This document shows, in pieces, positions 38,250 through 51,824 of a stretch of 64,000 bases of DNA. Within the stretch, counting starts at the first letter, position 1; each line of letters begins with the position of its first letter. Made by a program: the position numbers and the translations under genes. The notes beneath the pieces were generated by a model that ran no database searches, was not told where the DNA came from, and saw only the letters and a list, made by a program, of their open reading frames with translations. Origin of the DNA: Octopus vulgaris (Eukaryota); the NCBI GenBank assembly GCA_951406725.2, contig OX597816.1:1302001-1366000 (forward strand), read 5' to 3'.

Positions 38250-38925
38250 TGTGTGTGTGTGTGTTTAGGCGTATTCGTGTATTCGGATGTGTGTGTGTGT
38301 GTATACTCATACATAGATGCATGTGTGTGGGGGGGGGGGTAGGAAGGAGGGAGGGGAAGAGCGTGAAATAAGAGAAAAATCTTAGGACGATGGAAAAAAT
38401 AGATTTCAGAAAAAATTAGTAAATAAATAATAAACACAATAAATAAACAAATAAGTAGATAAATAAACAACAAGATAAGTTAATAAATAAATAAGAAAAG
38501 TCGAGATAAAAGTCGAGATTTTTCTGTCAGACACTCAGCTCGTTCATAGATTGTTGGAGATAAGTTTCCACAGGTTTTTACCTCATTCTATAACAGAATG
38601 AAGATTGGTTACGTTTTCTTATTATCTACCTCGACCACACCTATGTCATTATCTTCTGCAAATGGTTCTCTGCTTCTCAACAACATTAAAATGACATCTT
38701 CCCCCCAACAACTTCTACCCTTTCCCCGCTACCATCGCCATTTCTCTAGATTTTTCTCTCTTTCGTCCAACAGACATCCTTCTGTATTTCTAGTCGAATG
38801 GAGGAGATATATGCCTACAGCCAGAGCATCTCGTAAGAAATCTTACTAGGCGTCACAAGGTTATTTTCGGGCCTCGGATGGCAATCGGGTGGAGGCCCCC
38901 CCGTCCGGCGTCACCAGACTCCATG

Positions 38926-39097
38926 CAGTGACGTAAAGTGTTGCCACCCGTGGCAACCCTTAAGTTTGTTTTCTCCCACCCCTTTCTAGGGTCCCACCAT
39001 TATACAGATTTATATAGGAGACCCAAAAAGTGTCACCCTCATAAAAATGTCACCGAGTGTGGAAAGCCCCAATTGCTACGTCTCGGCCACGTCACTG
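38926..39097. mobile_element. hAT-type MITE (172 bp)
   Basis: TIRs cagtgacgt / acgtcactg; 8-bp TSD actccatg / attccatg; internal tg(t/c)cacc repeats. Confidence 0.75.
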
Positions 39098-39447
39098 ATT
39101 CCATGACCGACAGACTAATTGAAACCCCACCATTCTCCTCTCCATCGCCCTACCTGTAATCATTTCACGGCACTTTCTCTTTTCTTCTGGAAATATGTCT
39201 TAGAAAACCAAGTTGGATCTTTCATAACTAAAATCTAGTTGAACCTAATTTCTCTTGTTACAGCCATCAAGAAGTTTTTAATTATTTTACTTTACTGTAC
39301 TCAATCGCCTCCACCACCACCACCACCACCACCACCATCGTCTCCACCATCACCACCACCATCGTCACCACCACCATCGTCACCACCACCATCGTCATCA
39401 TCATTGTTCACTCTCCACTTTCCCATATTTGCATGGAGTTCATTATG

Positions 39448-39647
39448 TACATTGTTTACATTTAACAGATATTTATCCTCATCTTGTTTGTTGTTAACAT
39501 GTTTCGTCTGATATACTCTCCAGCCTTCATCAGGTGTCTTTTTTCCCCAAGATCAGCCAAAACGTGTTAACAACTAACAAGATGAGGACAAATATCCGTC
39601 ATTTGTAAATAATGTAAATAATTCCTCATCTCTTAAAAATAGAACTG
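39448..39647. mobile_element. Fold-back hammerhead element nested in a SINE tail
   Basis: Minus arm gacac-CTGATGA-aggctg..cagac-GAAA-catgtt; plus arm with core deleted; ~30-bp tail; same family as 63296-63507. Confidence 0.75.
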
Positions 39648-39944
39648 TTCCATGGAGTTTACTGAGACAAATTTTCCATGGCTGAATGTCCTTCTTGTTG
39701 CCAATCCTCACTTGTTTCCGAGCAAGGTAATATTTTCCCATGGCCAGATATGTTCTTGTAGAGCTTGAGTGACCAGAGACAGTCATTTACAAGTTGCATT
39801 CTGATGCCAAGACAAGCAGACACAGACATACATTGACTCACACACACACACACATACATATATACATAGACGGACGGACATACACACACACACACATATA
39901 CATACATGAACGGACATACAGAGGCGCGTACACACACACATACA

Positions 39945-39976
<32 letters not shown>

Positions 39977-41089
39977 AACTACATTGACTGATTTGCAGAC
40001 ACAAGAAAATATTCTCTTTTAAGACAGTAGAGTGTGAGTTAAGGGAGAATTAACTGCTACTTCTAGCAGTTCGAGTGACCACATAGAGACTCCGCCAGAG
40101 CCAAGTTTATTTCTGCAAGTGTCAAGTTCTCCAAGAACCAGAAAATAGTTCAGTGAATGACTGAGATTGTTTTTATATATAGTTCCAGAGATGAATCTGA
40201 TATGTTTATATATTATTTTAAAGAGTAATTATAAAATTATTAATATCTAATATTACTACGTTAATAGCATTTAATTTAGTTAATTTTAATCAACTTCATA
40301 AACTTTACTAAATTTAGTAAAGTCGGGTGTCATTCAGGAAATCGCATTGCCTCGTTGTATGACCCTTGGCCTCTTGAAATATAAGGTTTATGTGTAAAAA
40401 AAGAATAAAAAGGACAAGAATAAAAAAACAATATTGAATTAAAAGAGAATATTTAATAGATGCAAATTCTTTTCTTTTACTTGTTTCAGTCCTTTGACTG
40501 CGGCAATGCTGGGGCAACGCCTTTTAATCGAACAAATCGACCCCAGAACTTATTCTTTGTAAGCCTAATACTTGTTCTATCGGTGTTTTTTGCCGAACTG
40601 CTAAGTTACGGGGACGTAAACACACCAGCATCGGTTGTCAAGCGATGATGGGGGAACACAGACATACATATATATACATATTATATTAAGGGCATTACTA
40701 CACATAAATGCCTCAAGCTATGAGGGACTCTTAAAGTCAAAACTACCGTAATAAATACCCAGTGTACCGACAGCGAGGGAATGCAACTTGGGAAAAGCCG
40801 TCCCTTAAAAAACAAATTCAGCCACAAATCATGATTTCATTGTAATCGTACATAGTCCACACGACACCCTTTTACATCCATGTAAGAGGCGGGTTTTAAA
40901 TGTATTTGAAGGGAATAATTATAAATTTTTTTCCTTATATAGTTTTCCCACTGACTACTTAATAAATTCTTATCTACATTTTATCCTCAATTCAATTTAA
41001 AATTTAACCGGATTATATTCAGTGCTGAATTATTCCAAAGAGACACTTGGACCGAGATGGAATTTGAAAAGCCCGCCTCTTGCACGGGA

Positions 41090-42049
41090 TCTATCAAAGT
41101 AAGTACCATTATTTAAAACACATTTTTGCCAACGAATTTACACGTTTGTTTATTCTGGTGACATTAAAATCTGGGGGTTCTGGAGTTGACGAACTCTTTG
41201 ACAACACTTTCAGCATCGGTTTGATCTTTGAACTCCTTCTCTCGCGGGAAACCACCAAAGTGCTTGAAAAAGTGGTATTCGGTAGGAAGAATGGTCTGCC
41301 GAACAAGCTGGGTGGGGAAGAACTTCGGGGCCAAAAGTTCCCTCAATTTGTGGAGCGTCATTAGTGAAACGTGTAATTCGAGTATTGTTATGACGAATGA
41401 TTGACCCTCTTCTGGGATTGACCAGTCTGGGATGGAGGAGAGGCAGTTTTTCGTTCATTTTGGCAATTCCATAACAATATGTTTCCGTAGTAATGGTTTT
41501 CCAGTTTTTTTTAAGAAGTTATAAGGGATGAGTCCAAGTGTACACCACCAGTCAACATAAGCTTCTTTTTGAAGAGTTCGGTGCTTCATTTTGGTCCAAC
41601 CACTGCGAAGACCGTTTTTTATTATTTTACAGAATCCACTTTTCCTCACAAATTGCAATATGGTCAAGAAATGGATGGGTCTGGTTACAAAGAAGAAGCG
41701 ACCAACAAATTTTCCGATTTTCACTCAAATCGTGTCGAGCTTTTTTGATTTCCCAATTGCATACAAATGGTTGCAGACAATTTTCTGGATAACTTGAAGT
41801 TCTTTTGCCAGTCCTCGAGTGGTTTTACGTGGATCTTTCTCAATGACAGATGGGGGTCCACTATGCTTACGATCTTCAAAGCTCTGGTCTCCACTGCAAA
41901 ATTATTTAAACAATTTTCGGGCTGACCACTCACTGGTCATTTCCCAACCAAAACGTTTCGTTGACATCGCGAACAGTTTCAGCTGCTTTACTTCCTTCTT
42001 TGAAGTTGAATAGCGAAATTGCTCGAATATCGCGCTTTGACAGTTCCAT
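41090..42049 (-). pseudogene. Degraded mariner transposase (Hsmar1/cecropia-like)
   Basis: MELSKRDIRAISLFNFKEGSKAAETVRDVNETFG, PTEYHFFKH, INK..S..K terminus; many frameshifts; TIRs not recognised. Confidence 0.85.
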
Positions 42050-42305
42050 TTCCGGTACAAATTCTTCATGGTTCAAAACGTTACTTTTTACTCAACCTGA
42101 TTGATTGATAGATGGACGGATGGACGGACAGATAGGCAGGCAGACAGACAGACAGATAGTCTTTATGTGTTTTTCTTCAAAAGATATCCTTAACTTATGA
42201 ATGGAAATATTTGGAATTAAATATTCCATTCTTCAAGCATATTACCATCAGGAAATAGATGCCTAGTTTATATATATTATTGTGTGCTTGCTTCTATGTA
42301 TAATA

Positions 42306-42367
<62 letters not shown>

Positions 42368-42642
42368 CACACACACATACGTATATATTCTTTGCTTCTT
42401 TAGTTTTCTATTTTTCTTGGTGACAATCGAGTGTTAAGTCATAGCCATAAGGAATCCATTTGAGACATTTCTTTCTCTCTCACTTCAATGACAGTCAAAG
42501 CTAATCAAAGAAATTCCATTTGGTTCATGACATTCTTATTTTTGGTAAATCTTCTCAGCGTTTTATTTTCTGTACCGAATACAAGACCAAAAATAACAAC
42601 ATCTCACAAGTACAATGTTGTAAACTCTAAGTACAAGTACAA

Positions 42643-42677
<35 letters not shown>

Positions 42678-43337
42678 ATTTTGTGTGTGTATGCAGAGAG
42701 AGAGAGTTTATGGCCCAAAACACACTAGTGTTACAACAACAAAATTCTGAGGCTATAAAATATCTAAGAACAGTGTAAAAAAATATATCATAAAATGAAA
42801 TTAAATGCTTGGGTTGTTTGTTCTTTTCCTTTTTTTTCTTTTTCTTTTTGTTTTGGTTGGGTTCTTTTATTTCAGGACTTAAAAATGCTTTTTCCAAAGA
42901 ACACATCAGAGGAAACTACTTTTGGACATCTATTTATTTTGAGTAATAATAATAATCATCATCATCATCGTTTAACATCCACTTTCCATGCTGACATGGG
43001 TTGGACGATTTGACTGAGGACTGGCGAGCCAGATGGCTGCACCAGGCTCCAATCTGATCTGGCAGAGTTTCTACAGATGGATGCCCTTCCTAACACCAAC
43101 CACACCAAGAGTGGGTGCTTTTACGTGCCACCAGCACGAGGGCCTGTCAGGCAATATATATATATGTGTGTGTTCTCATACCATGTCTTGCCTCTCCCTA
43201 GCCCCCACTTTTCTAAGTTTCCAATGTAGCACTTTCACTACCTGATTGTGTTGCCACAACTTGTAGTGGTTTGGGGCGAGTCTAGGGCATTCGTTCATAA
43301 TATGGGCAATGTGCAGATGCATCACATTATTATAATT

Positions 43338-43893
43338 ATCATTATTGAGTGAGAGAGCAGTGCATGTCATCAAAGTGATGCCAGGGTAAAATATACGAAG
43401 CCCAGTATACCCATCATGACTACCCGTCTGATAAGGGTACACCAGGCACATGCATCACAACCATTTGTGCGTGACATGGTGATCTTATATCATAATAAAT
43501 AGCGTATGACCCTGCAGGTGAGGCCCAGTTAAAATTTTCTTCAGGTTGAGTAGCCCATTCCACTCAAAAGGTCCCTGAATAAGGTTTGCTTAAGGATGTT
43601 GAACAAAACACCTATGTTTCCAAAGGTAAATTATCTAAATCCCGAAGAATTCCTTTCAACACATGGCTATGATGCTCCCCCACTACTTGTGCTTGTGATC
43701 AGAGATTCACATATCATCAGCCACTAAGGGACATGCTCAACTGATTAAGGTCAAGCAACTGACAAGCAAATCTGTGGTATTGAGCAGGATATTTGCTATA
43801 ACTCATCTTTTATACCAAGACAAAACAATGTACATGATAACACTTCCAGTCATTTAAGATCAGAAGCCATGAGAGCCACTGCCTGGTATGGCA
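43338..43893 (-). repeat. Unclassified ~550-bp interspersed element; inverted copy at 46550-47100
   Basis: Colinear with 46550-47100; both end gcactgctctctcactcaataat in ATT/TAA-rich runs. Confidence 0.8.
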
Positions 43894-45539
43894 TATTATT
43901 ATTGTCGTCGTCGTTGTCTTCGTCATCATCATTATTATTATCATTATTCGACATTTGATAGTTTCATGATCTGCGGCTGAATTTATATTTTAAGGGACAT
44001 AAAAGCACCCTCGACACTCTCAGAGTGGTTGGCATTAGGGAGGACATCCAGCTGTAGAAACTCTGCCAGATCAGATTGGAGCCATCTGGCTTGCCAGTCC
44101 TCAATCAAACCGTCCAACCCATGCCAGCATGGAAAGCGGATGTTAAACGATGATGATGATGATAATGATGGTGATGATTCATCTGAAATGCAAGATCTTT
44201 TTCTGCCTTGATAACAGATGCTCAATTTATCCAATGTTTTTACGTGCCACCTGCTTAGGAGCCAGTCTGGCAGCACTGGCAACAACCTTGCTTGAATGTT
44301 GTTTTTCACGTGCCACCGGCACATGTGCCAGTAAGGTGGCGCTGGCAAGATCACACTTGAATGGTGCTTTTTACGTGCCACCGGCATGGGAGCCAGTCAG
44401 TGGCCCTGGCAACGGTCACGCTCAGATGGTGCTTTTAACGTTCCACTGGCACAAGTGCCAATCAGGTGGTGCTGTCATCGGCCACGTCAGCGATTTTATA
44501 TATGTATATGTATGTATGAACAATTTTGTTAGTAGATAATATAGTCTAAGATCATAGTTTCCATGCAAATATATTCACAGTTAAATGGAGTTTAAATAAA
44601 GGATACCGATTCTATTTTAACTGGAGAGAGTTTAAGTTCTGTTGAGAGAAATGGTTTGTCTACCTGTACACTGCGAGTGACAGCCTGTGCACACTGAAGT
44701 AGTGTGTGTGTGTGTGTGTGTGTGTGCACATGCTTGTGTATGTTTGTCTGTTTGTACATGTGTATATGTATGTACATACCTGTATGTGTGTAGTCACATG
44801 TATGTGTATATATGTGTGTATATATGTGTATATGTGTGTCCATATAGGTTTGTTCATATGTATATATATGTATGTAAATGTGTGTGTATGGGCTTATATG
44901 TATGCTTATGTGCATACGTGTATGTATGCACATAATACACACCCACATACACATGTATGTGAGTGTATGTGCATACATGTGTGTGTACATGTATATATTT
45001 GTATGTGCATGTATATGTGTGTTTGTATCTGTCTTCACATGTATGTTTATGTGTGTGTGTTTGTGTGCACATAAATATGATCTCTGTGTGCATGTGTATG
45101 TATGCATGTGAGCACACGTGTATTATGACTGTGTATGACAGCATGTATACATTAACATGTATATACGTGTGTGCACGTGTGCAATTGTTTTGGATTTAAA
45201 CCCCACCTGGGCCCATTTTAATCAATTCATTTACTTTATCCCCCATCATTTCCTCAAATATGTGGCCTTAAGTCAATATAGAAAATTGTTATAATTAATA
45301 AATTAGTTGTGTTGCACTGATGAAGACTGCCTTTGTCTGGATTGAGCTTGCATCTCATTAACATAACATAAATTATGTTAATTCACTCTCAGTCTCCATA
45401 ATTGTTATTCAAAATAAGGAATAATATCAGGTTCGGTAAGAGACAAAGAATTGTTAATGTTTTGTTTAAAAACATTTGGAGCCATACAGAAGGGAATTTT
45501 ACAAATGTTGTTGTTGCTGCTGTTGTTGTTGTTGTTGTT

Positions 45540-46510
45540 CAGTAGTCTTATTTTTATCACATGCTTTCACTTCACTACCGAGCGCAGCTCTGTGTGCCTT
45601 GGGTATGTGCTGTGATTTGTTGTGATGTTCTGATGGTTATTGTATGGAAAGTGTTCTGCGTAGGATGTGTGCAGTGCCTAGTAGTGCAATTTTCTGTATG
45701 TTATGTGTGTTTGTAAGTCCTGGTGTTTTTGTTATGTATTTGTCTGAGTAATTTTTTATCATGCCTAATGCACCTACTATGATAGGAATTGTTTCTAATT
45801 TTAGATTCCACATTCGAGTTACCTCTATTTCCATTATTATTATTATTGCTGCTGCTGCTGCTGCTGCACAAAACCAGGCTCTCGCTACCAATTCAGTGAA
45901 GTATAACATCTATAAAACTTCTGAGACCCAGAAATGCAGACTCTGTGGAAAGAGTGTGGAAAATGTGACCCACTTGGTAAGTGGATGTGAGAGCCTTGCA
46001 CAAAAAGAATACAAGCACCGTCACGATAAAATGTGTGTATATCTTCATTGGCTTTTATGCCGTAAATACCAATATAAAGTAAAAGAGAACTGGTAGGAGG
46101 ATGGAAAAGTAAAGATACTCTGAGGCTGTGATTTTCAGATGGATCTTATCATCGAACAGGCTTGGCTGAATATTGTCATATTGAATAAGAGAGAGAAATA
46201 CTGTCAGATCATTGATGTGGCCATACCAAATGACATGAATGTTGTGAGTTGTGGAAATGGCAAGACTGTATGGAGTGCAAGAGGGTAATGTGAGAGTGAT
46301 ACCAGTGGGGATCAGAGCATTGGGCTGAATCCCATTGAAACTTCAAGACTTCAACTGGAAATCCCATGCAAGATTGATGTCTTGCAAAAAGCAGCTTTAT
46401 TGAGCACAGCGCACGTCTTAAGGAACGTATTATCTGTCTGAGGTACTTGTTGTGACTTGACAGACGACTAAAGACTCCGGTGCATTTTTACCTACACTAT
46501 GTTACAAAAG

Positions 46511-46540
<30 letters not shown>
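45540..46540. mobile_element. Two R4/Dong-like 3' fragments head-to-head
   Basis: 45540-45830(-): PIIVGALG, IQKIALLGTAHILR; 45866-46510(+): AQNQALATN, CRLCGKSVENVTHLVSGC, RHDK, IIDVAIP; the plus copy ends in (TAA)n. Confidence 0.88.
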
Positions 46541-46541
<1 letters not shown>

Positions 46542-47904
46542 GGCCTGATGCACTACCAGGCAGTGGTTCTCATGGCTTCTCATCTTAACTGATTGCAAGT
46601 GTTATCATGTACATTGTTCTATCTTGATATAAAAAGATGGACTACAGCAAATATCCTGCTCAATACCAATAGATTTGCTTTACAGTTGTTTGACTTTAAC
46701 CAGTTGAGCATGTGCCTCAGTGGCTGACAATATGTGCATCTCTGATTATGTGCAGAAGTAGTGTGGGAGCATCATAGTCAGGTGTTGAGGGGAATTCTTT
46801 AGAGTTTGGATAATTCACCTTTGGAAACATGGATGTTTCGTTCATCATCCTTAAACAACCATTATTCAGGGACCTTTTGAGTGGAATGGGCTACTCAATA
46901 TGAAGAAAATTCTAACTGGGCCCTACCTGCAAGGTCATGCACTGTTTATATTGATATGAGATCACCATGTTGTACACATTTGGTTGTCATGCATGTGTCT
47001 GGTGTACCCTCATCAGACGGGTTGTCATGATGGGCATAAAGGGCTTCGTATAATTGTACCCCAGTGTCACTTTGATGGCATGCACTGCTCTCTCACTCAA
47101 TAATAATAATAATAATAACCATCATCATCATCATCGTTTAACGTCCGTTTTCCATGCTAGCATGGATTGGACGATTTGACCGGGGTCTGGGAAGCCAGGA
47201 GGCTGCACCAGGCTCCAATCTGATCTGGCAGTGTTTCTACAGCTGGATGCCTTTCCTAACGCCAACCACTCCATGAGTGTAGTGGGTGCTTTTTACGTGC
47301 CACCTTTCTACTAAAGGCACAAGGCCTGAAATTTGTGGGGAGGGGGTTAAGTTGATTGCATCAACTCCAGTTCTCAGCTGGTACTTAATCACCCCCCCCC
47401 CCCCCACCCAAGGATGAAAGCAAAGTCAACCTTGGTAGAATTTGAACTCAGAACATAGTGGCAGATGAAATACTGCTAAGCATTTCACCCGGCTAATGAT
47501 CCTGCCAGCTCACTGCTTTAATAATAATAATAATAAAATTAATAATAATAATGATGATGATGAAGCCAGACATAGAGTTAATTAAGAAAGAAAGAAAGCA
47601 AACGATGCTGGATCATAGATATAGCATGCCCAGCTGACAACAAGGTATGCGATAAGGAAGAGAGAAAAGTCGAGAGATATGACAGGTTAGCTTGGGAGGT
47701 TAAGCAGTTATGGTCGATGAAAAGGTGGTAGTAGTAGTTGAGGTGTCCTTGTCTTGTCTTGCAAGTTACTTGGTGACTCTGATGGTACTAGTACCACAAA
47801 AAAGCACCCATGGGTAGTCCACAATGTAAAGTGGTTGGCATTAGGATGGGCATCAAGCCATAAACACTCTGCCAAAACAGACAATAGATTTTTGTGTAAC
47901 AGTC

Positions 47905-49850
47905 ACAGAAATGTTTCTTCGCTATGTCCCCAATATTGACCACAACGAGTGGGTGGAAGCATACGTGAATGCATTTGAAAAACAGTCAAACAAAAGTATT
48001 CCATCAAATTTTCACTGTAAATTATTGAAGTTTGTGTTACAAAGTAACACAATGAAGTTTGGAGAAAGATTTTACCAGCAGACGAGGAGGAGTTGCCCCA
48101 TGGGTAAACCCATTGCCGTTAATTTCACCAAAGTCTTCATGATGAAATTCGAGACATTCAAATCCTTGCATGGTCATGAACCAGTACTCTGGTTATGGTT
48201 CACTGATGATGTCTTTTTTTGTCTGTGAAGGTTCACAGGAGAGTTTGATTAAATTCTTGTAGTTCTGTGACTATTACACGTAAAACTATAACTTTAAGGC
48301 CAATATAAAATTTTCTCCTAGTTTTTCAAAAACTACTGTTGGGCTTTTGGACACAAAAGTTAAGTTTTCAGGAGGCAGAATAGTGATAGTTATTTTGCAA
48401 ACTCATGTCATCCCACATTTGCTTCCGCCACCACTCTGATCATCCACATCATATAATTTGGTCAAATCTGAAATCCTAATTTTTGAGGATAAAACAGATT
48501 TTTACTGTTATAGGGTATTACTGGAAACATGCAAATGCTTTTGTATGCCATTATGTCAAAGGGGATTACAGTGAATCACAATTAAAGGAAATCACTAATG
48601 ACATAGTGTCAAACCTCCATGCATAATTTTTGCAATCAAAGTAAATTTTTGTGATAGAATTCCTTTAGTGATTATCTGGCACCAAAATTTCGTTGGCATT
48701 TCAAAAGTGTTGCATGAAAGTTACCAGCATATTTCAGAAAAATATCTCCATTTCAAACAAGTTTTCCCTTATCCAACTATTGTAGCCTTTAGATGCAATA
48801 AAAATATAAGAGAACTATTAACCACTACCTCTAACTTCAAGAAATCTATCATTGGAGTTTCTAAATGCTGCTCTTTAAAAAACAGCCACAAGAGAGATAA
48901 GCCTAGTTCATTGTGCAACAACATGAGTCAAGATTATTTGCCAACATAACATGGCAGTCCTAGTTTAGGAGGGATGTTGCTGTAATTTAGCCCCAGGAGA
49001 CATCGTCTCCAGCTGGCTATACGACACGATCTGTGTCCTTATATTTTCAAACAAGGGAATCTAGCACCCCCCACTCAGCTCAAAACAATATCTGTGTATT
49101 GCGATTTCCAGGTTATTTCCCTTCACCAGCACAGAATAACTGTTCAGCTAGAGGTAGCACTGCCAAATTCCCATTCAAAATATTTGTCCTAAACCACGAC
49201 TGCCATGTTATGTTGGCAAACAATCTTTACATAACAGAAATGTTATAAGTTATGCAAATGATGACCCATTTGGTATACACAGAAGAATGCACCCAACACA
49301 ACTTGATTTATGTTGGTTGTACAACAGAACAATTAAACAAAAGATTCAGTGGACACAAGTATGACGTGAGGCACAATGGCAGTAGTTGGACAGAACTTGC
49401 CAAACATTTACATCAAGCAGCTGCAATTTTGAGGAACACCTGAAAGTGCAGATTCTCAGAAAATATTCTGACTCTGCTACACTTTCAGTCCTCAAAATGC
49501 ACGAGGACAAATATATTTGTGAATTACTCACATCACACCCTGGAGGAATAAATAAAATAACAGGTGAATTTCATTACATTCACACAAAAACTATTCAATT
49601 AAGTGTTCTTTTCTATTTTTCTTTTCCCCTTTTACCAGTTGTGAAAGGGAAAATTGATGTCATTTTATCTAAAAAGGAACACAAAAAATGTCTTTGTTCA
49701 TATTTTGAATTTCTGTGTTTTTGCAGTTTTTTTTCATTTTACATTTTGACCCTGAAGAAGACAAACAATCGGTTGAAATATTGTTCAATCCATTAAATCA
49801 AACAATCTCTATTACAAATCGCATCACACTCTTTTTATTGTCTGTTAGTA
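47905..49850 (+). mobile_element. Degraded Penelope-like retroelement (RT + GIY-YIG + hammerhead pLTR)
   Basis: PNIDH, FGERFYQQT..PMG, W.FTDDVF, LVYTEECTQHNLIYVGCTTEQLNKRFSGH, HPGGIN; 3' ttgacc-CTGAAGA..GAAA-tat-t-gttcaa at 49746-49788. Confidence 0.85.
48930..49227. mobile_element. MITE with ~40-bp TIRs inserted in the Penelope element
   Basis: aagattatttgccaacataacatggcagtcctagtttagga vs tcctaaaccacgactgccatgttatgttggcaaacaatctt; TSD not evident. Confidence 0.8.
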
Positions 49851-50624
49851 TTAGTATTGTTGTTGTTGTGGTTTGTGGAATATAAAGAAAATGCCTGAAA
49901 TGGGAGGATTCCAACCAACTATAAGAATATAAATTCTTTTATTGATTTATACAATAATAACTACCAATCCTGCCTGTGTCTGGCAGTGTTCACAAACGAC
50001 AAAGAAAATAAGGAAAAGGTACAAAAGATGAGAGTAAAAGGAGGCTAGGAGTGTCCTTGGAAACTTCCTGTCATTTCCGAGTCTTTGGTGCAAAAGAAGA
50101 AGAATTTGAATGAAAGTTCAGTGACTTTGAATTCACTTCTAGGAAACAAGGAGTCGTCACTGTTGGTGTTTGAGGACCCAAATGCCAGCTGACGATCCAA
50201 TCAATTTATATTTGATAGTTGAAAGGGTTAAAGACTTTTGTTTTAAATGTCACTGAAATATCTCTGATAGATGGCAGCACCAGCAGCAGACAGACGAACT
50301 GACATAAGATTTGGTTAGGATATAGATATAAAGAATCTCATTGTGTGGTCTTGAAGTGACATCATTTCCATGTCTCTTCCATATGACATAGGAGAAGATG
50401 AAGAAGGAGGAGGAGGAGGAGATGATGATGTAGAGGGGAGGAGCAGGAGGAGGAGGAAATAAAATGATGGAATGGTATTTGCCACTTGAAATAAATATAA
50501 GTGGCACTCTAAATCAGAGTGTGTGGGTGTTTGGAGTTGTTGTTGTTGTTTGTTTATCTGTGTGTGTGTTTATGTGTGTGTGTTGTATATCTATATATGT
50601 ATAGATGGACAACATGCATAGATA

Positions 50625-51465
50625 CAGGCCTGAATCACTACTAGAAAAGGCCCTTAGAGTTAATTTAGCAAAGACCAAGGTCCTAATTAGTAGGAAAACA
50701 GACCAGTCACAGCTCACTTCAAGGAGATGGCGGCCCTGTTCGATATGTAGAAAAGGTGTTGGGAGAAATTCCATAAATTGTACCAAGTGCAAGCTATGGC
50801 CACCTAAGAGGTGCAGTGGTATTACTGGAAGACTGACAGAGAAAGTTGTCTTTACATTTGGCAGATGTGCAGGGACATTAAACGGCCAGGAATGGACAGA
50901 AAATAGACTCCCTCAAATGTCCAAGGGGACCCTTAAAAGTAGTGGACAGTTTCCATTACTTAAGCAGCCAAGTTAGCAGTGGAGGAGGTAGTTCTAAAAG
51001 TGTAGCTGCTAGAATAAGAATAGACTGGGTGAAGTTCAGAGAGCTGCCACCTCTGTTGGCAACAAAAAGCCTCTCCCTCAGAGTGAAAGGCAGATATTGT
51101 ATTATGTATGAACAGCTATACTGTATGGCAGTGAAACATGGGCTGTGATTGCTGAGGACATGCAAAGGCTTGAAAGAAATGAAGCCAGTATGCTCCACTT
51201 GATGGGTAATGTCAGTGTGCGTATACGACAGAACATAAGTGATTTGAAAGAAAAACTGGGTGTATGGGGCATCAGACGGAGTGTGGCAGGAGAGAAAACT
51301 GTTCTGGTTTGGTCATGTGATGTGTATGAGTGAAGACAGTTGCATTAAGAGGTGCTGATTGCTAACTGTAGAGGAAACATGGAAGGGTTAGATCCAGGAA
51401 AACATGAGATGGAGTGGTGGGAAAGGATCTTCTGATGTTGGGCCTCATGGAGGGGATGACAGGGA
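50625..51465 (+). mobile_element. Old RTE-clade LINE fragment
   Basis: LRVNLAKTKVL, CSICRKGVGRNSINCTKCKLW..KRC, DSFHYL, LERNEASML. Confidence 0.9.
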
Positions 51466-51489
51466 ATGTAGTTAGACTGCTTTTCATCC

Positions 51490-51770
51490 TTTCAACAGTG
51501 GCTCCACCCTACATACCACCCTAGGCTGTTTTCCTCTGCTTCAATACAGTCCTGGCAACTGATCAAACCTCTCCCACCCTTTCTTCTGGTCAAGTACAGC
51601 CTATCGGGCTCACTTTTAGGATGGAAGGCTCTGTGTAATGGCAACATTTTTCTAGTCTTTCTATCCATTTTCTTCATTTCTCTTTCTTGCTTTTTTTATA
51701 ATTCCCATTCCATACTGAAGGGATGCTATTGCCCATCTACTAACTGCTTGCATTTTATTCTATCCAATCA

Positions 51771-51824
<54 letters not shown>

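Noticed and set aside
41090-42049. SETMAR-like domesticated gene
   Set aside because: No SET domain; transposase has stops and frameshifts.
44592-45199. Long ORFs rich in H/T/Y/C/V (also ~12370-13177, 16747-17127, 26525-26905, 33738-34178, 59296-59707, 60199-60744)
   Set aside because: Translations of microsatellites and low-complexity tracts.
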